64,000 nucleotides of DNA from Balanoglossus misakiensis (taxonomy: Eukaryota > Animalia > Hemichordata), in the NCBI GenBank assembly GCA_040954595.2, contig CM082580.2, forward strand, positions 11,732,909 to 11,796,908, in the 5' to 3' direction. This document shows positions 23,917 through 39,300 of the stretch, one piece after another (within the stretch, counting starts at the first letter, position 1; every line of letters starts with the position of its first letter). The position numbers and the translations under genes were made by a program. Below the pieces are notes generated by a model. It was not told where the DNA came from. It was given only the letters and a program-made list of their open reading frames with translations, and made no database searches.

Positions 23917-26126
23917 ATGGATATGGATTGTGGGCCGACATCGCAGTTGAAAACTGCCTCCAATAGACATAATGTGCGTGAGGATGAGAAGGGAATTAAG
24001 AGAGGCGACAGTTGTTACGCTTGGTGTGTTGCATTAGCTTCGTTTATGTGCAATAATTTTGTATTTGGAGTCCTTCAGGCCATTGGTCCGCTTCTAGTTG
24101 CTGTTCAGTATTATTTTGATGAGTCATCAGCTCGGGTGTCATGGATACTTGCGTTGACAATCTTTCTAGCCTGCGCTCTCGGTAAGTTGTAATTGTGATA
24201 TCTCCATGTACAGGTCCTTGCGAAGAATGATGATAGAGACCGCGCCCTGTAGTGTACTAAAAGTGTTTCTGTAGGAGTGAAGTACTGTACACCATAAAAA
24301 CAATGTATTTTAGTATACAGGCCTTTCGCAACCACCTGCCAGATCCCGGTTGTTTGTTCTACCCGGACGATACCAATATTTTGGGGAGAGTCGGTAGGTA
24401 TATGAGGGTGAATGTGAAAAGGCCAAGGACATCGATAGTGTGAAGTGACAAGGCAAATGAATGCATGATTGCGATCGCGTTGTGCTGTGTAATGTTATTT
24501 ATCGCTATATCTCTGTTTGGAGAATGAAATATATATCACATGAATCTGGATCTGTCTTCAATGATCTCCAATCTCGGTCTGTCTTTAGCCAATCTTCATA
24601 CATGATACACATACTAGTATATGAAGTTGATTCCGCTGCAAGTCTTGAATTTTTTACTTTTTATGTTTCCAAGATACTGGTGCACTCCCAAACTCCCATC
24701 AAATCACTTTTGTTTGTAATTTGAACATCACAATTTCTATTCAGGTCCTCTATCTAATGTTTGTGTAAAGAAAGTTGGATTTCGAGCAACGGTGATGATT
24801 GGCACAATTACATCTTCCACTGGATTCTTTATAAGTGCATTTGCGACACATCTTGAAGTTCTGTATGTCAGTATTGGATGCCTCGTAGGTAAGTCAGCAT
24901 CTACAAATGTTTGTTTGGAGTTTTAAATATTCGTCCATCCTTTGGCTTGCCAATAATTGCCATTTTAATACTAACATCTATCTGTTTTCTGCGTGTCTGC
25001 CTGTGATGTTATATATGTGATGTATGTCTTTGTGTATTTACAGGAATTGGATACGGGTTGATCATCCCTGCACATTTAGGCATTCTACCGCACTACATCA
25101 AGAAGAGGTTTACAGTGGCGAATTCCCTCGTAATGACTGGGTCGGGAGTGGGGACATTTGTCTTCCCACTGTTGCTGCAGTTTTTGATCGACTTTTACGG
25201 CTGGAAAGGCGCCGTTATGATTTTCTCGGCTGTAAATGCCCACATGGCCATCTCTGCTGCTGTGTATCGGTGTCCCGCCAGGGTGGAGACCGGTTTCACT
25301 GAAGATGACGAGAAAGCAGAACCCCCCAGAGACAACCGGTGCTGTGCGAACAGTGTATGCCAGGCGTGTGACTTGACGATTTTTGCACGGTACCCCAAGT
25401 TCATTACATTTTTCTTGACGAGCTTCTTTGCCGTTGGCGTTGGTCTACAGGGGCTGCCGGCGCACCTGTTTGCCCGTGGCAAGACAAAGAATTTGGGAAC
25501 AGACGAACAAATGGCTTTGGTCGTTTCCATTTTCGCCATAGGGAGCATTATCGGTAGATGGTTACCGCCAGTGCTGTATCTTTTAACAAAGCGATGGAAC
25601 AACACAATATTATTCGCTTCAAGCATTGTCCTGGCAGGGGTTATAAGCCTGATAAGTCCTCTTTCTGCTTCATATTCAACATACGCTGGGTACGCATTTG
25701 TGGTAGGCTTTCTCCTTGGCGTTGCTCCCGTGCTGGGAAATCTCGTCATAACAGATATTGTTGGGGCACCGAATTTCACAGCTGGCATCGGATTCCACGC
25801 TCTGGCTATATCCGTTGGTGGGTTGATAGGTCCACCACTTGCAGGTAAGATATCTAGTTTAGTTCAAATCCAGGCTTGAAAACAGATTAAAACAATAACA
25901 ATGCTGATTGTACAATGTCGTCGACTTGTAATTGAACAATACATTTTAATAACCACAACACATTTTCTTTTGTTTTTGTCAAGGATACATATATGATGAA
26001 ACTGGTGACTATAATAATTCATTTTATTTCTATGGAGCTTTCACAACATTTGGTGGACTCATCATGTTGGCACCAGAATTCTACCGTCCCAAAAGGAAGA
26101 TGTTACAACACACGAATGACCACTGA
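23917..26126 (+). CDS. MFS monocarboxylate transporter, SLC16 family (450 aa)
   Basis: Exons 23917-24181, 24745-24888, 25044-25844 and 25984-26126 join in frame (1353 nt). SLC16-type motifs: DSCYAWCVALASF, GPLSNVCVKKVGFRATVMIG, YIKKRFTVANSLVMTGSGVG, FYGWKGA, GGLIGPPLAGYIYDETGDY. Subfamily not assignable by eye. Confidence 0.92.
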
Positions 26127-26323
26127 CTCCTGAATATCAACCTGTGTGTGATTTTAGACACAGAAACAACAGACTTTGTCAAATTCAATATGATCGGATT
26201 TCTGTATTTTAAGTCGCAGTAAAAAATAAAAGATTATATTTTATATGTCAATGTGCTTCCTTGATGAGGGTCAGTTTTCACAGCTGATGACAAAACACGA
26301 TGCAGTATTCAAAGCTACAAAAG

Positions 26324-26452
26324 TATACAGCGTTTTCATGAGTCTACCGCCCTCATGAATTTGAACTCAAAGCGATGAAAGTTGACCAATCACATCAAGG
26401 GATTTCATGATGGCTGCATGAGGGCGCTAGACTTAAGAAAAGGGTGTGTATA
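26324..26452. mobile_element. MITE-like inverted-repeat element (~130 bp), TA-flanked (Tc1/mariner-like)
   Basis: tatacagcgttttcatgagtctaccgccctcatg at the left pairs with the reverse complement of catgagggcgctagacttaagaaaagggtgtgtata at the right. Confidence 0.6.
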
Positions 26453-29076
26453 AGGTTTCCATCTGTTTTAAATATCCCACTATGTACTGGACGAAACTAG
26501 ACTGTCAGCGGTCGCTCACGCCTTCCTTGTATAAATAAGCAACGCAAGCACTATCACAAGCAATGTTACGGCAAAGTGCCAAAGGCATGGCATCGGAGGG
26601 TTATAGCTGGGAAAGTGCCAAAGAAAAAGTAGTGCCCAGTTCAAATCAGTACGCGACATAGTGAAAGCAAAAATGGCACAAGCGGCAGTTACGGACTATT
26701 CTGGTATACCAGTCATTTTTGCAACAAACTATTCTTGTATTTTTGGTTCACATGGTTAAAGCGATGAATATGGAAGCTGTATGCAGCCCTGGTCTTTGCT
26801 CTAAAACACGACTGTAATCATACACTAAAAATAATGACACTTCTCTGAAACAGGGATGGCTTTTTTCTTTAATGAAATACAAATCCGATTGTCATCGGCT
26901 GCCACTTATTGAATATTCAAAATTACTACATGTCAATCCCAATTGTCATTTTGCTGAAAATTACAAAAATTTTGATGATATATTGCCTTCTGGATTACAA
27001 TAATTGGTAATATGACTCATGGGATGATTTTGGTAAAGACTATGCAGATACTGAATAAAGCCTTTGGTCTGCCAGGAAAAAAATGAGATGAAATGAAACA
27101 TTTTTATGATTTTTGTTCTTAAAATGCAGATTTGGTTGATGTAGCATTATTTTGCTTAAAAGCCTTGTAAACTATGCTGAAAATATCTTCTGGGAAAACT
27201 GCATCTCGTGGTTCAATGAATGTGATGCTTACATGACAAGGTCTAGGTTGTTAAAAAAAAACAGGTTTCCATAAAGTTCAAGTCAGCTGGAGTATTATCA
27301 ACAATTTGACTTTCAATTATGTTAATTGACAAAATAAAGTAAGTCTCGCAATAACAGTGTGTGAAACATGTAGGAACGAATAATCAAATATTAAGAATTT
27401 GCACTGTATTTCAGAGTTACATCGGTTACTTGTCCATGACATGAAAATGTTCAACAAAGAAAAATTCTATGCTTCACTGTCAGCAACTGAAAATCACTAC
27501 TAGATGTAAAAAGACAGAAATTAAAGCCAGCTAGCTCAAGACGACACAAAACTGGATTGTCTCCATACTCTTGGGTCTGTCAACATTGTCAAAAAGTAGC
27601 TGCTTTATAAAACTTGTACACGAAATGTAAATTCAAATTTTCAGTTGAAAAACAGCTTCTTCTTTTCTGATGTAAAATCTGGACAAATCGTCAGAGATTG
27701 CATTGAACTGAACTTGTAAAAGAACTCCAAGATCTCGAAAATGTTTTTCCATTTGTATCATGCATTGCCCAAACTGTTTTCGTTCTGAACTGAATGGATG
27801 TAAAGGACGCCCTCTACGGCTAGTTTTTGAAGTTTCCCATAACCACGAATGGCATATTTGCCCGAAAATTGATTTTTTTCCCCTAATAGTATATGTTTAC
27901 TGAAATCGGGGAAACGACCTGACCACCATTATAGGAAAATTGTACGAGACATACATGTTCATAAACTATTATTCTACATCAAAACAATACTTAAACCATC
28001 ATATCAATTAACTTATATGGTACATATTCTATGGAGTCAGCACAGTGCGCTCCCCCCCCCCAAAAAAAAACAACAAAAAACAAACAAAAACATTATTAAT
28101 AGTACTGTTTTAGCAGTGTTAATGTGATTTACCAACCAGTACTTTTGATTTAAAATTCTCATGACATTTAAAAAATAATTCACTATGGCACAAGGTATTT
28201 AAAAGATAGAGGCAAATTTGCACTTTCTCTCTGATTTTTCTTTCTTTTCTCTCCTTTTTTTTACAAAATGTGTGTAGTCCAGAAAGGCTAGTATTAAGGA
28301 AACAGTGGACTTGGTTTATATCAAGGTTTGGTGTTCGATTTGTAGACTACCTGCAAGTGACATAAATCAATGGTTTTATCACAGTGACGCACAAAAGTAT
28401 CATTTTGATTTTTAGACTTTGTATGAAATGGATTCCAGGATACGAAGATTTCAATCACAGTGACAGTATTGCATCATCAACCTGCCTATCTTTTGCGATG
28501 TATTTATTCATTACATACTCTCAATATGAGAATCAATCACTGAATAAAATAGAGTCTGCCAAACCAATGCGTTCTCAAAACAAAAATAAAGTCTTTCGTG
28601 TTAAAACAATGTTTTTGTTAAGGATGTTTTGTCAGAATATAGTTTACCAGGGTTCCACAATCATTGTACCTAATATGGAATGTACACACAGCAGTACCTG
28701 CTGTCATTCCGAAACCAACCTGTTTCTCCAAACCATATCAAAAACACTGTAAAACCTGCCAAGATTTTCAGGGCAAGGGTGTCTACTTACGGTGCTGTCC
28801 AAAATTTCAGAGAAGGCACTATAGGGAGTTAGTTATACCAATGAATTATCACCAGATTTGTACAAAAAGTTAAAGACATTGAGAGCATTTATAAATAAAA
28901 GAGTTGAGTTGCTTTTCTTCCAGCTCAAAAATCTCAAACCTAAAAAAAACTTTATCTAAGTGAGTTCTCAATATTCAGTAAAAAGGAAAAAACAACAACT
29001 GGTGATCATAAATTGTCATTGCAAAAATTAAATGAATAATTATTGTTTCCAAAATAAGAGTGAATGATTCTTTTTT

Positions 29077-32000
29077 TTATTTGACTGGAGCAGTTAACGT
29101 CATGTTGACCATAAGCCACTGCTGGCCTCGACTTCCATTGCAGGGTTTGACGGCCGGCATGTCTCGCTGTTTGGCATCAGGTTTCTCCAAGCACATTCCA
29201 TTGGTATGTTTCAATTCTTTGGTCTGAAATCAAACAGCAAACAAAAGATCAGCTTTGTTTCTATTCCACAAACACTGTATCAGATAGCCTCTGATGTAAT
29301 GACAGAGTGTCATAATACATTCAAACCTGTGTCAGTGACCACCTCTATGCAGTCCCAACTTTGTTACAGTCCCTGTGCAATCAGTACTTGTTTTGGCCAC
29401 ACTGATGGCTACACATGAAACACTAAAATATTTTTTCTGATCATAGCAGAATCAAATTACACCGTTGCAAAGAAACCATTGATCATCGTAAGATACCTCA
29501 TGGAAGCCAAAAACTGGATATTTTTTCATATTTACCTTCTCATCATAAAGCCATTGTTGATTTCCTAATTGACCGTGACACGGCAACATCATGACAGGTC
29601 CTCTGTGATTGGACAAGTCTAGGCACACCTCGTCGTGTTTCAGCTCTTTATTTTTGGTGTACGCCCAAATCTAATGAGAAGAAGATTTACATGCTGTGTT
29701 AGAAGTGCAGAGAGGTCTTAAAGTGGCAAAGATTGAAGCATGCCGACATGAGTCTTTAGATTTTTAATAGTTCCACATATAAAGATATCATGTCACTGTA
29801 GACAATACAATCCAAATCTGTGAACGTGCTTGAGAGAAATGAACAAGACAATGTGCTTGGGGGATAGCAACATTGTGATAGTGATTTATATGATGCTGCA
29901 AAAACGCCACAATTTTCTTAAACATATTAAAAATAAACAGCAAGCTAGGGAGACTTACTTGGTTTCCTCCCTGCCCATGGCAACCAAACATTCCCACTTT
30001 ATTGTTGGCTTCCTTCATCATTGTATCTAGGCACATGTTGGTTTCAACATTTCTGACCTGTGTTAAATAAACCATGAAACACAAAAAAGAGTAATCACAT
30101 GCAACAGATGCTCTATACACCAGACAGACACAAGTTCCAATGTTCTTGTCAGCTTTAGGGTAAGACTCTCTTTATGGAAACATCTGTGAAACTACTCACC
30201 TCTCCCATGGTGATAAAACTGACAGGCCACGACGATTCAGGATACACGTTTTCTAAATACCACTTAAAACCATGACACGTAAGTCTCTTGCGTAACGCAA
30301 ATCTCTCCGACAGATCACCGGGATCTGTGTTGGCAACCACCGGCTGCAGGCGGTAATAGAAATTTTTATACTCGTCCAGCCACACCTCCGCTAATCTCTT
30401 GTTGTTTTTGTTGACGTAGTTCGTGCCTGGCGGAAAGTGATACGGGGACTTTTTACGGAAAACGTGACCGACGTGCGAACATGGAACCGTTTCCAGGGTG
30501 CCTCCACACATCCAAATCTGTAAGAAGTATCAGGGGATACACCTCATTCACGTATCACGGGTCATGTTAAATCATACACTGATACAGTAGTTCAAATATT
30601 TGATAACCTTCCTTTCACTAGAAAGGGAAACCGACCTTCCTGATATTGTTGAAATGAAGTCGACTTGAATCACTTCTGTCAAACGAAAAATTACTGCTCA
30701 TTAAAGTTGCTTCCTGCCTTTGTGCCAAAGGTCTCAATGACCATAATGACAAATGATTATCACTCCAAGGACTCCATGTACAACATATATTTATAGAACG
30801 TTCTTGGCAGTGCAGAGTTAATCGTGTGATCAGTTCATCAGTGCCGTCTATCAGGATCCTGGGGCATTTGTGTGTGTGTGTGTGGGGGGGGGGGAGGGGG
30901 GGTTACATGTGTGCGGCACACAGGACGGAAGGTAATTCCAATTTACCTTGAAAGAAAGTTCCAAATTCTCGCCACCCCAGATGTCAAATCCAGGGTCATA
31001 AGTTCCAAGCTCGTCAAAGTAGGACTTGTCAATTGCAAACAATCCACCCGCCATGGTTGGTGACCTGTTGGAAGAGAAAGTTTCATATTTTGATTCCATT
31101 TTCAAGTGGCATCGCTTGGCACAATTACTTTCTAGACTCAGAACAAAATAATTACCTGACAGGTATGGTTCGGTCCCCTTTGATTCTCTCTTGCTCTCTC
31201 CTGGGGACTGGATGCCAGTTGAAAAACAGTGACCAGCTGAATCCCCCAACTTGGACATCGTTGCCGTGTTGGTAAGAAAAAGTATCGTCGCTGATCACAT
31301 CAATAACAGGTGTTACAACATTAGACCTACAGGCAAAACAAAATCACATAAAATTCAAAGTGTGCTTTTTCAGATGTGAGTGATGACTTCCGGCATAAGA
31401 AACTCAAATACTAGCAATTTGTGATGATTGTTTGTTGATGTCTTGACTCCTTACCTGTCTTCTCCTATCCTTGCCAGCAAAGGTTCCAGCCACCCCTCTG
31501 TGCACTCACAGTGCGAGTCTAGATATGTTAAAACTTTTCCCTTAGCGACAGAGCCACCCCTCAGTCTGGACCGGATCAAACCGGATCTGACCTCCATTCT
31601 TTCCACATGGACGGGAACTTCCAGCTTGGCTACATAGTCATCTAACGGTTTCTTTAAATGTTCTGAGTCAAAAAAAATAATTAAAGTTTCATTTTGCTAC
31701 ATGTAATATAGAATATTAACAGTTGATTTCACGTTCGTGTGAATTCATTGAATGGAAAACACAGCATAGAGAATTCCTACATGTGCATCTGGTCACGACA
31801 AATCGACCATGAGTTTCACTGGCAATGGAAGCATAACATACCAGTGGAAATTCTCTTATCATCATCTCTTATTTTTTTAAATCCAGTTACCTTGTGTGCT
31901 AGCATCGTCTACCAAAATAACTTCTGCAAGGTACGGCCTGGGTGATCTATTAATGATACTGTGTGTCGTTCGTAGAAGGGTGCTCCAGGCTTCATTGTGG

Positions 32001-35000
32001 AAAACTACAATAACGCTTGTTGTAGGCAGTGTCCGTGAATAGATTTTATTTGCACAACTGTAGAGTTAGGACAGAGCACATAAATTTGTAATATTAGACG
32101 AGTCTCTCCATGTTGTGTTCTCTAGCAGCACTTACATGTACAGAATATCATGAAGACAAAAACGACGATCACATATTATCAGGTATAATTATTGAGAGCC
32201 CATTACTAGCTTACATGTGATATAATTGAGTTGTAAACCATAGACCCTGGAGGGTATTTGTGTATTAAAACATGGCAACACATTATGACTTGATAATAAA
32301 TATCTCAAAACTTAATGATCGTTTGTACAAGTCTAGGATTACCGGGTAGCTTTAAATGAAGTAAATGGCTTTTCATATTTTGAGGAATTTAATGTTATAC
32401 TAGCACAGCTGGGCAAATCACTAATTATAGATTATTCAGGCACATGTTGGTAACAGCCGTATCTATTTCCAATAGTGTACATGTGCATATAATATGCGTA
32501 CAATCTATCTTCAGTAGTTTCCATTTCAATAGCATAGGTCAATATTACTGGAGCGAAATTTTTAAATACTGCACTTCTGATATACAGAAAACAGCACATC
32601 AGTAAGATTTGCATTGGTTGTGTTGTTATCTGGCAGTCGTATGGTATACAGTATACATAGACAGTGTATTTTTATCACATGGTTAGAAAGCAATACATGT
32701 ACTGTAAAGTCTGTCTTAGACATCTTCTATAGAAAAAAAAACAGGTAATTTATAACAGAAATAAACTAAACAGCATTCCCGGACAGACACAATATGGAAG
32801 AAAGGACAGGCTGAGCAATAATCGAAATCTTAAAAGTGCTGTAACTCAAAGTTTTCAACATCTATATGGCTCTGTATTGAAAATCAATGAAATCCGATTC
32901 GTCATCATCAGGACTGGAGGTTGTGTATATTATAATATTGATCTGTTTGGCAAAGAGGACTGAAAAGATTGGAATTTCTCGATAATAAATCCATATAATG
33001 TCAGGCTGACTAGAATGCTGTTTTGAGGTTGATAAACTACAAATATGTGGCTTCTACCAATGACAGTGGCAATGAAAAGAATGACAAAGAATCAGTTCCA
33101 CTGGCAGTGAATCATACATGTAGATACAGTGAAGACATACATATAAAAAAAGCCAGTTGATGTAATGTATCTGATGAGCTTTGAACTATAAAAAGGGTTA
33201 CCCAGGTTCATTTCATTTCATAAAATAGTACTGGCACAAACTCTAAAATTAGAATTTTGACAAGAATAGACCCTCCTCCTCTCATCTGTTGATATTGTGT
33301 GTAACAGACAATACTGACGGCTCAAAATATAGAATTTTTGAAAAAATACATGGTAGACGTTATACTACTCTGAGAACCACATGCTCCGAAGATATTTATA
33401 GAGGTTTAGAAAGAAAACGATGTTTGCTTAAATGCAATATGTACATGTACCAAGCAAAATATGCATGTTTAATCTGTATAAAGGTATTGAAATGAAAGCC
33501 ATTATATTTTTGTTACACAGCATAGTATTCATGAATGAAAAGATTTTGCTTTGGTTGTGAATATATGACTATTTTATGAAAAATGCTGATATGGTGTTTA
33601 CAGAGCCTTTATATTCAATTCCTATTTGTGGTTTATAAATCAATGCAGTATATACATATGTACGATAACAAGTCACTTGAAAAATGTTTATGGTTTGTTC
33701 CAGCTCAGTTCATGTTTGTTACACAAAAACATGTACATGTAATATCTCCTCTATTCACAACATTTCTGTTGAAAACACTGATTTTATTTTCATTTACATT
33801 TTAATGAGGCCACAGGTTCACCCATTTTCCACTTGGTTTATCTCATTCACCACCAAAATATTCCAAAAGCCCGAGAATCAAATACTCACCCTTTTGGTCG
33901 GACGTCTGGAAGAGATCTGTTCACAGCTATCCTCTCACTTGCCATCAAATTAAATTCATTAATTTTCCATTTTTCGTCCATTTCTTTTTTAAATTGAGGC
34001 TCAATTATGACTGGTTTTCCCAGTTCCCCAGGTCCATCCCTATTAACTGGTTTAGGCATGTCTGGAGGGAAAAGGGGAGGGGAAAAAGCAAGAGAAATTA
34101 AAAATTGACTAACAATGTTTTGCTACAGCTGGTTGATCTCATCACATTTACCCTTCCACATGAAGAGTTTTTCCCCCCAATTTAATCACTATCAGATTTA
34201 TTTACAAGATGAAAATTTGAATGCAGAACAAAACAGTGACAAACAAGCAAATTACACATCTGCTAGCGCAAGAACCAGGAATTGTGACGGTTTTATGTTG
34301 CCAAATCACCCAACTTAGTCTGCAATCATCTCAACGATCCATTTACCTGTCTGATATTTTATGATCCGGATATTGTTAAGATTGCTGGCAGCAAAGTGTA
34401 CATATCAGCCACGTCATTATAGTATCAGTAGTTGATGTCAAAGAAACACATTAAATACACGGCAGGGTATTTTTTTCAATTTCAGGATTCTGAATGATGG
34501 AGAGTTGACCCCAGATCTTTCAGTATCACTGACAGACAAAATCACCCCAATTTTTTGTCTGTTTTGCTTACAATGTAAATATCAATCTCTTCTCCAAACT
34601 CTCTGGGGAGAACACTGCTTATCGTAAAAACCCTACTTTTCAGCTGGTATAGTTATTTATGGTTTTTAAACTGCCACGTGTTTTGGCATCAGGTCAACCC
34701 TTTCACCACCAGTTCCCTCTTTAGAGGTCCAACTTTACCATAGCCAACAGTGGGTTTGGACCAAACCATGGTGGTAAAAGGGTCAAAAACAGCTAAAATG
34801 GTGGACAGTTGTGTTGTATGCTGTGATCCACTGATTGATCGATACTTCAGAGAAGCACCACAAGCAATTGCTGTGTGCATCTCCTCAGATGTATTTTTCA
34901 AAATGGATCAATATCATGAAACGCAGCTGTGTACTCATACAGGAGCAGTCTACTTTGCTCCAATACAACAACTGTAAATCATTTCGACTGACAGCATATT

Positions 35001-36313
35001 AATGTTTATGTTGTTTAAGTTTAGAAACCACACCTTACGAGAGTAGACATACATTTATGATACATATTACCGGTCATAAACAATTCTGAAGGATTACACC
35101 ATTTTGATGTACAAACATCAAATTTTTCAAAACAATTTCAATTTTGATGAAATGCCAAACGGCAAATATCAAAGTTATGTCGAATATGCTAGTTATCATA
35201 ATTGCTTTTTTATCATGAAGTTCCCTCATTGAACAGTATTGGGTTAAACAAAACAGTGTACACTTCCAGTACACATACTGGCTCACAACATACATTTTAT
35301 CAGTGGCCAATATTTAATAACACTTAGTATTTAATTGATATGTTGTCGTTCTAATGTCTGTTTGTTGACATAACAACCGGTATTTTTGAAAACAGTACAG
35401 CATGTTTGAAAACGAAGAAAAGGGTTGTTTAGTCTCAGTTTGCAAACTTCAATCCTGTAATCAAAATAAAATCATCAAAGGTGTGACCGAGAACAACTGT
35501 AACATAAGGCAAAGCAAGTAGTGAAAAACAAAAATGAGTGACATGGTCAGCCATGTATTAAAGTGGGGCTCTTAATTTGGTCATTGAGTGCAGATAAACG
35601 CTGCTAACTGGCAAAACAAACCAGCTACTTTGCCATTCCTATCTACTCTATTCCCAAGAAGAAAACACACTTCACCACCCGTTGCCTACTTTAGAAATTC
35701 TGCTGTCTACTTTTGAGCCTATCCCTGTAGGCTACAGTTTCTCATAGCATATTTCTTCCCACTACAACCTTGTTCTTATCATTAAATGAAAGCAACCCAT
35801 TTGATAGTTAGCCTGGAGACATCGTCACATTCTGTTTCCTGTTATTTCGTATTCACCGCTTGTTCAGTCACACCACAGCACTCAGCTCTCGCTAACGTAT
35901 TCACACATCACGACACAACTGTGCACGCAATACAGTATACCACCTTTTGAACAGTTACAACTTTGTGACACCTCCTCCGTGAAATTTTATCTAAAAATTC
36001 CGAGTGTATATCGATCGTCTTTTTCAGTAAAGTGCCCAGGCCTTGCATTCTAAATTCAAGATTAAACACATAAACCCAACTTACCAATTTGCTTTTTAAT
36101 TTCTTGTGGCACACCTTGTATAAAGTCATTTGCTTTCTCTATAATATTGCGAACCATCTGGCCCCCACCACCTGTGATGGAGCCATCTTTATCTTTACAA
36201 GGACCGATAAGACATCCCCCGTTATGGTACAGAAGTATACAAAAGTCTATCATAAGCCAAACTAGAGATGTCAGGATGATAATCCGACATTGTCTTCGTC
36301 CTGGTATTCTCAT
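29077..36313 (-). CDS. GALNT1: Polypeptide N-acetylgalactosaminyltransferase (GALNT1/13-like), 587 aa
   Basis: Ten coding exons: 36085-36313, 33890-34061, 31891-32057, 31455-31662, 31156-31326, 30947-31064, 30200-30517, 29959-30057, 29536-29670, 29077-29223 (1764 nt, in frame). Type [25 protein letters not shown], DxH (LDSHCEC), [20 protein letters not shown], ricin-type lectin with CLD/QxW repeats. Probable 5' UTR exon with donor at 38845. The family is certain; the exact ortholog is not. Confidence 0.93.
34698..34783. mobile_element. piggyBac-like MITE remnant in a GALNT intron
   Basis: tcaa|ccctttcaccacca...tggtggtaaaaggg|tcaa: ~14-bp TIRs with a TCAA (TTAA-like) direct repeat. Confidence 0.5.
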
Positions 36314-39300
36314 TTTGATTAATGTCTGGTTTTTCTCTCTTTCTCTAAAAAAAGAAATCAAGGTTTCAAATGCAGGTAGCCTCTTCCTTTTGATCCCAAG
36401 CGGACGTCTTGATTCCCCCAGTGGGTTGGCCAAATTCAAACTACCTGTAAATGAAGAACAAGGAAAAATATTATAGCAATATGACAAGAATTGTACAAAA
36501 CAAAACCAGGTAGTGACAATGTGCTGGTCATATGTGAGTGAGCCTTAGTGGAAACACTGCATGTCAGTATTAAAACTGCACAACTTAGAAGTTCAGTAAT
36601 TCACTAAAGATTTCAGCTTCTTTCATATACACTACAATAGCTCAATTAAATTTACTCCAACAATTTAGCCTCAGCATTCCTGTGGGAACGAGAACTAATA
36701 TGCAGAAATATTAAATGAGCCTAGGGGGTCACAATATGAGTTGAACTTTCATCAAAAACTGTTTTAAAATACCTCTTGTGCAAATCCTCTTTGTTCAAGA
36801 ATTCATGTAAGAGAAAGAATATTAGACATTGTAGACTGAACTATGTACTTCAAAAATACATCAATGTCTCCTTAGTGATTCAGAAAATGTGGGCAGACAT
36901 AAATGTATCACAGATCGATTGAAACTGAAATAATGGTTTAGTCATGTGACCTTCCACGACCTCTCCCAAGGATGTCATTGGCTCAGTGGCCAGATGGGTT
37001 ATTTATAGCAGTGTATGAGATGGGTGTGGTTGGTCTGCAAGACGAACATTGCCTTTAGTCTTGTGAGTTGTAATGACAAAGGACAAGCAGAACATACCAT
37101 GACAGTCATCTGTATGAGAAGAGGATTTTTTACACGTACAGTATACTCTGGGAAAATTATGTAAGATTCAACATGTGTTACCAGTACATTTATTGTAAAG
37201 TGCCTAGAGCACAACGTGCGTTATGTAAGAACTAAATATTCTTATTATTTATACTCAAAGAAATGTACATGTATGCACGCTATATAAACATGAACAAGAC
37301 GAAAATGTTCAGATAACCAAAACACAGAGATCAACACACAATACAGAGGAAGAAAAATTCATATATCCTTTCTTTGTTTTCTGGAATGACCAAGGGCTCT
37401 GTGATCTGGTTAACTTGATAGGACCGAAGGCTTTCCAATTGCTAATAAATGTCAATTTATGATTGTCTGTATGGCTTCACTCATCTGACAGTTCTAATGG
37501 TGGATTTTAAAAGTATCCGATGTGTACACGTGTCATCACTGCAGTCATAAAACATTTTATGAACTTTCAACTAAGTGCACTTTGTAATTTTGGAACATAT
37601 TCATGATACAGAACCATAATCATTCCACACAATATAAGTACAGTTTTGGTTGTATGATTTCTGCAAAAAGTCCCTGATCTTCATTTCTGTCCCCATTACT
37701 TCAAAAAAAGCCACCCCAAATAACCCACCCTGCCACGTAGGAGGTCCTTACATGTCAACACATCTGCCAAATCCATGGCATTAACTTCCAAAAATAAACA
37801 GCACTATAAAACAATTAACTGGACACTTGCTCACCCCAAAAGAAAACACTGCATCAGTTTTTTTTTTCTTTATGAATTGAACATACTTTAGCCAATTCCA
37901 GGGGTCATAATTGCACCAATTTCATCTAATCTGACAAACTTCTTCCAGCTAACTATTAATTTATCTCCTTAATGATTATTTTATTAACTTTCTACATAGA
38001 CTATACCACTTGACCTCTAATTATGAAGGTCATTAGATTCACAATTGGTATGCAAATTTTTATATATTATAAGTGCTGGCTCTCGAAATTATTATATTAA
38101 CATCTCTGGTCAATTAAAAGTGTGCATATCTCGTGTGTTCAAGTCAGGTCATGTAATCCAAGAGATTACAAGTTATAACTTACTATTATTTGATGTAAAA
38201 CTTCTTTCTCTTTGCTTCACGGCTTCATAATCCATACAATTTATCAAACATAAGATGTCGAAACACAAACATAAGAACAAACATCACTAAGGAGAAAGAC
38301 GCTCACATTTGGGGTTGCCACGCAATGGCTTGTATGCCATGTGGCCCTTAATATTTTAATCGGGGCAAAGTTAAGGAATGTCACCACATCATCACTGTAT
38401 ACGTGTCCATGTCAGTTACAACAAGTGTGTGACACGCAGCCTTGTGAAGCCATCTCGTTTACACTCGTGGCGAGATAGATTCCCCGTATACAGGAAGACG
38501 CTTCCTTGAACATTGAGGAAGCGACCGTCTTTCCCCTTTTCTGTCTGTCCCCCGTTTTTTTTTCAGAGGTTTCGTTGCGATCACGTGTTGGGAACAATAG
38601 CACGCGTTCTTAGCAACTGGTTGATTAATTTAAAACCGACGGTTATCGCAATCTTGAGCACTATCTTCGAAGTTGGAAACCGTGAGCGACTAGAGTGCGG
38701 TTACGTTGTTTGGGCGATCGTGTACATTGATAAACGCTTCGTCTATGCATGGACGTCCATGGTCTATGCAACAGTCGAACAGCTACGCGCACGATCGTAA
38801 GACTTTAAGAAATGAATTACAGGATTATCGAATATAAAGTCTTACCTGAATATCAATATTTCACCAATGGTAACGTTTATCTTGTAAAGAAACTCTCGGT
38901 AGACTGCAGTTGCACCGTCTTGGTGTCGAGTTACTAACCATATCGGCCATGTTGGCCCTATCGGTCCATCCAATACTATCACGAGGCCCCTTAACGCAGG
39001 GAAAATTCTTTCGGGTACCATACATACATATCGTGTCGATTTCCAAGACTCAACGATGTTTGTTATTGTTTAAGTCCGAGATATTGACATGTATAGGGGT
39101 ACTAGGCATTAATTCACCATCGTTTCCTATGGTACATATAATATAGCGATCCTAACACCACATAAATAAGACCTTTTCATGTTTTTGACAAATTTATAAA
39201 TATAAATATTGCATGATGATTGATTGATGATGAATATTCTGTCTTTTTCAATAATCATGATAATTGCCGTCGTCATTATAATTGTAAATTAACGTTTTCA

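Noticed and set aside
30868-30902. (TG)n plus G-run with G-quadruplex potential
   Set aside because: An ordinary intronic simple repeat with no evidence of function.
32390-33110. Possible degraded non-autonomous DNA transposon in a GALNT intron (similar-looking stretches at ~26780-27160 and ~61020-61520)
   Set aside because: No pairable TIRs or TSD could be established by eye.
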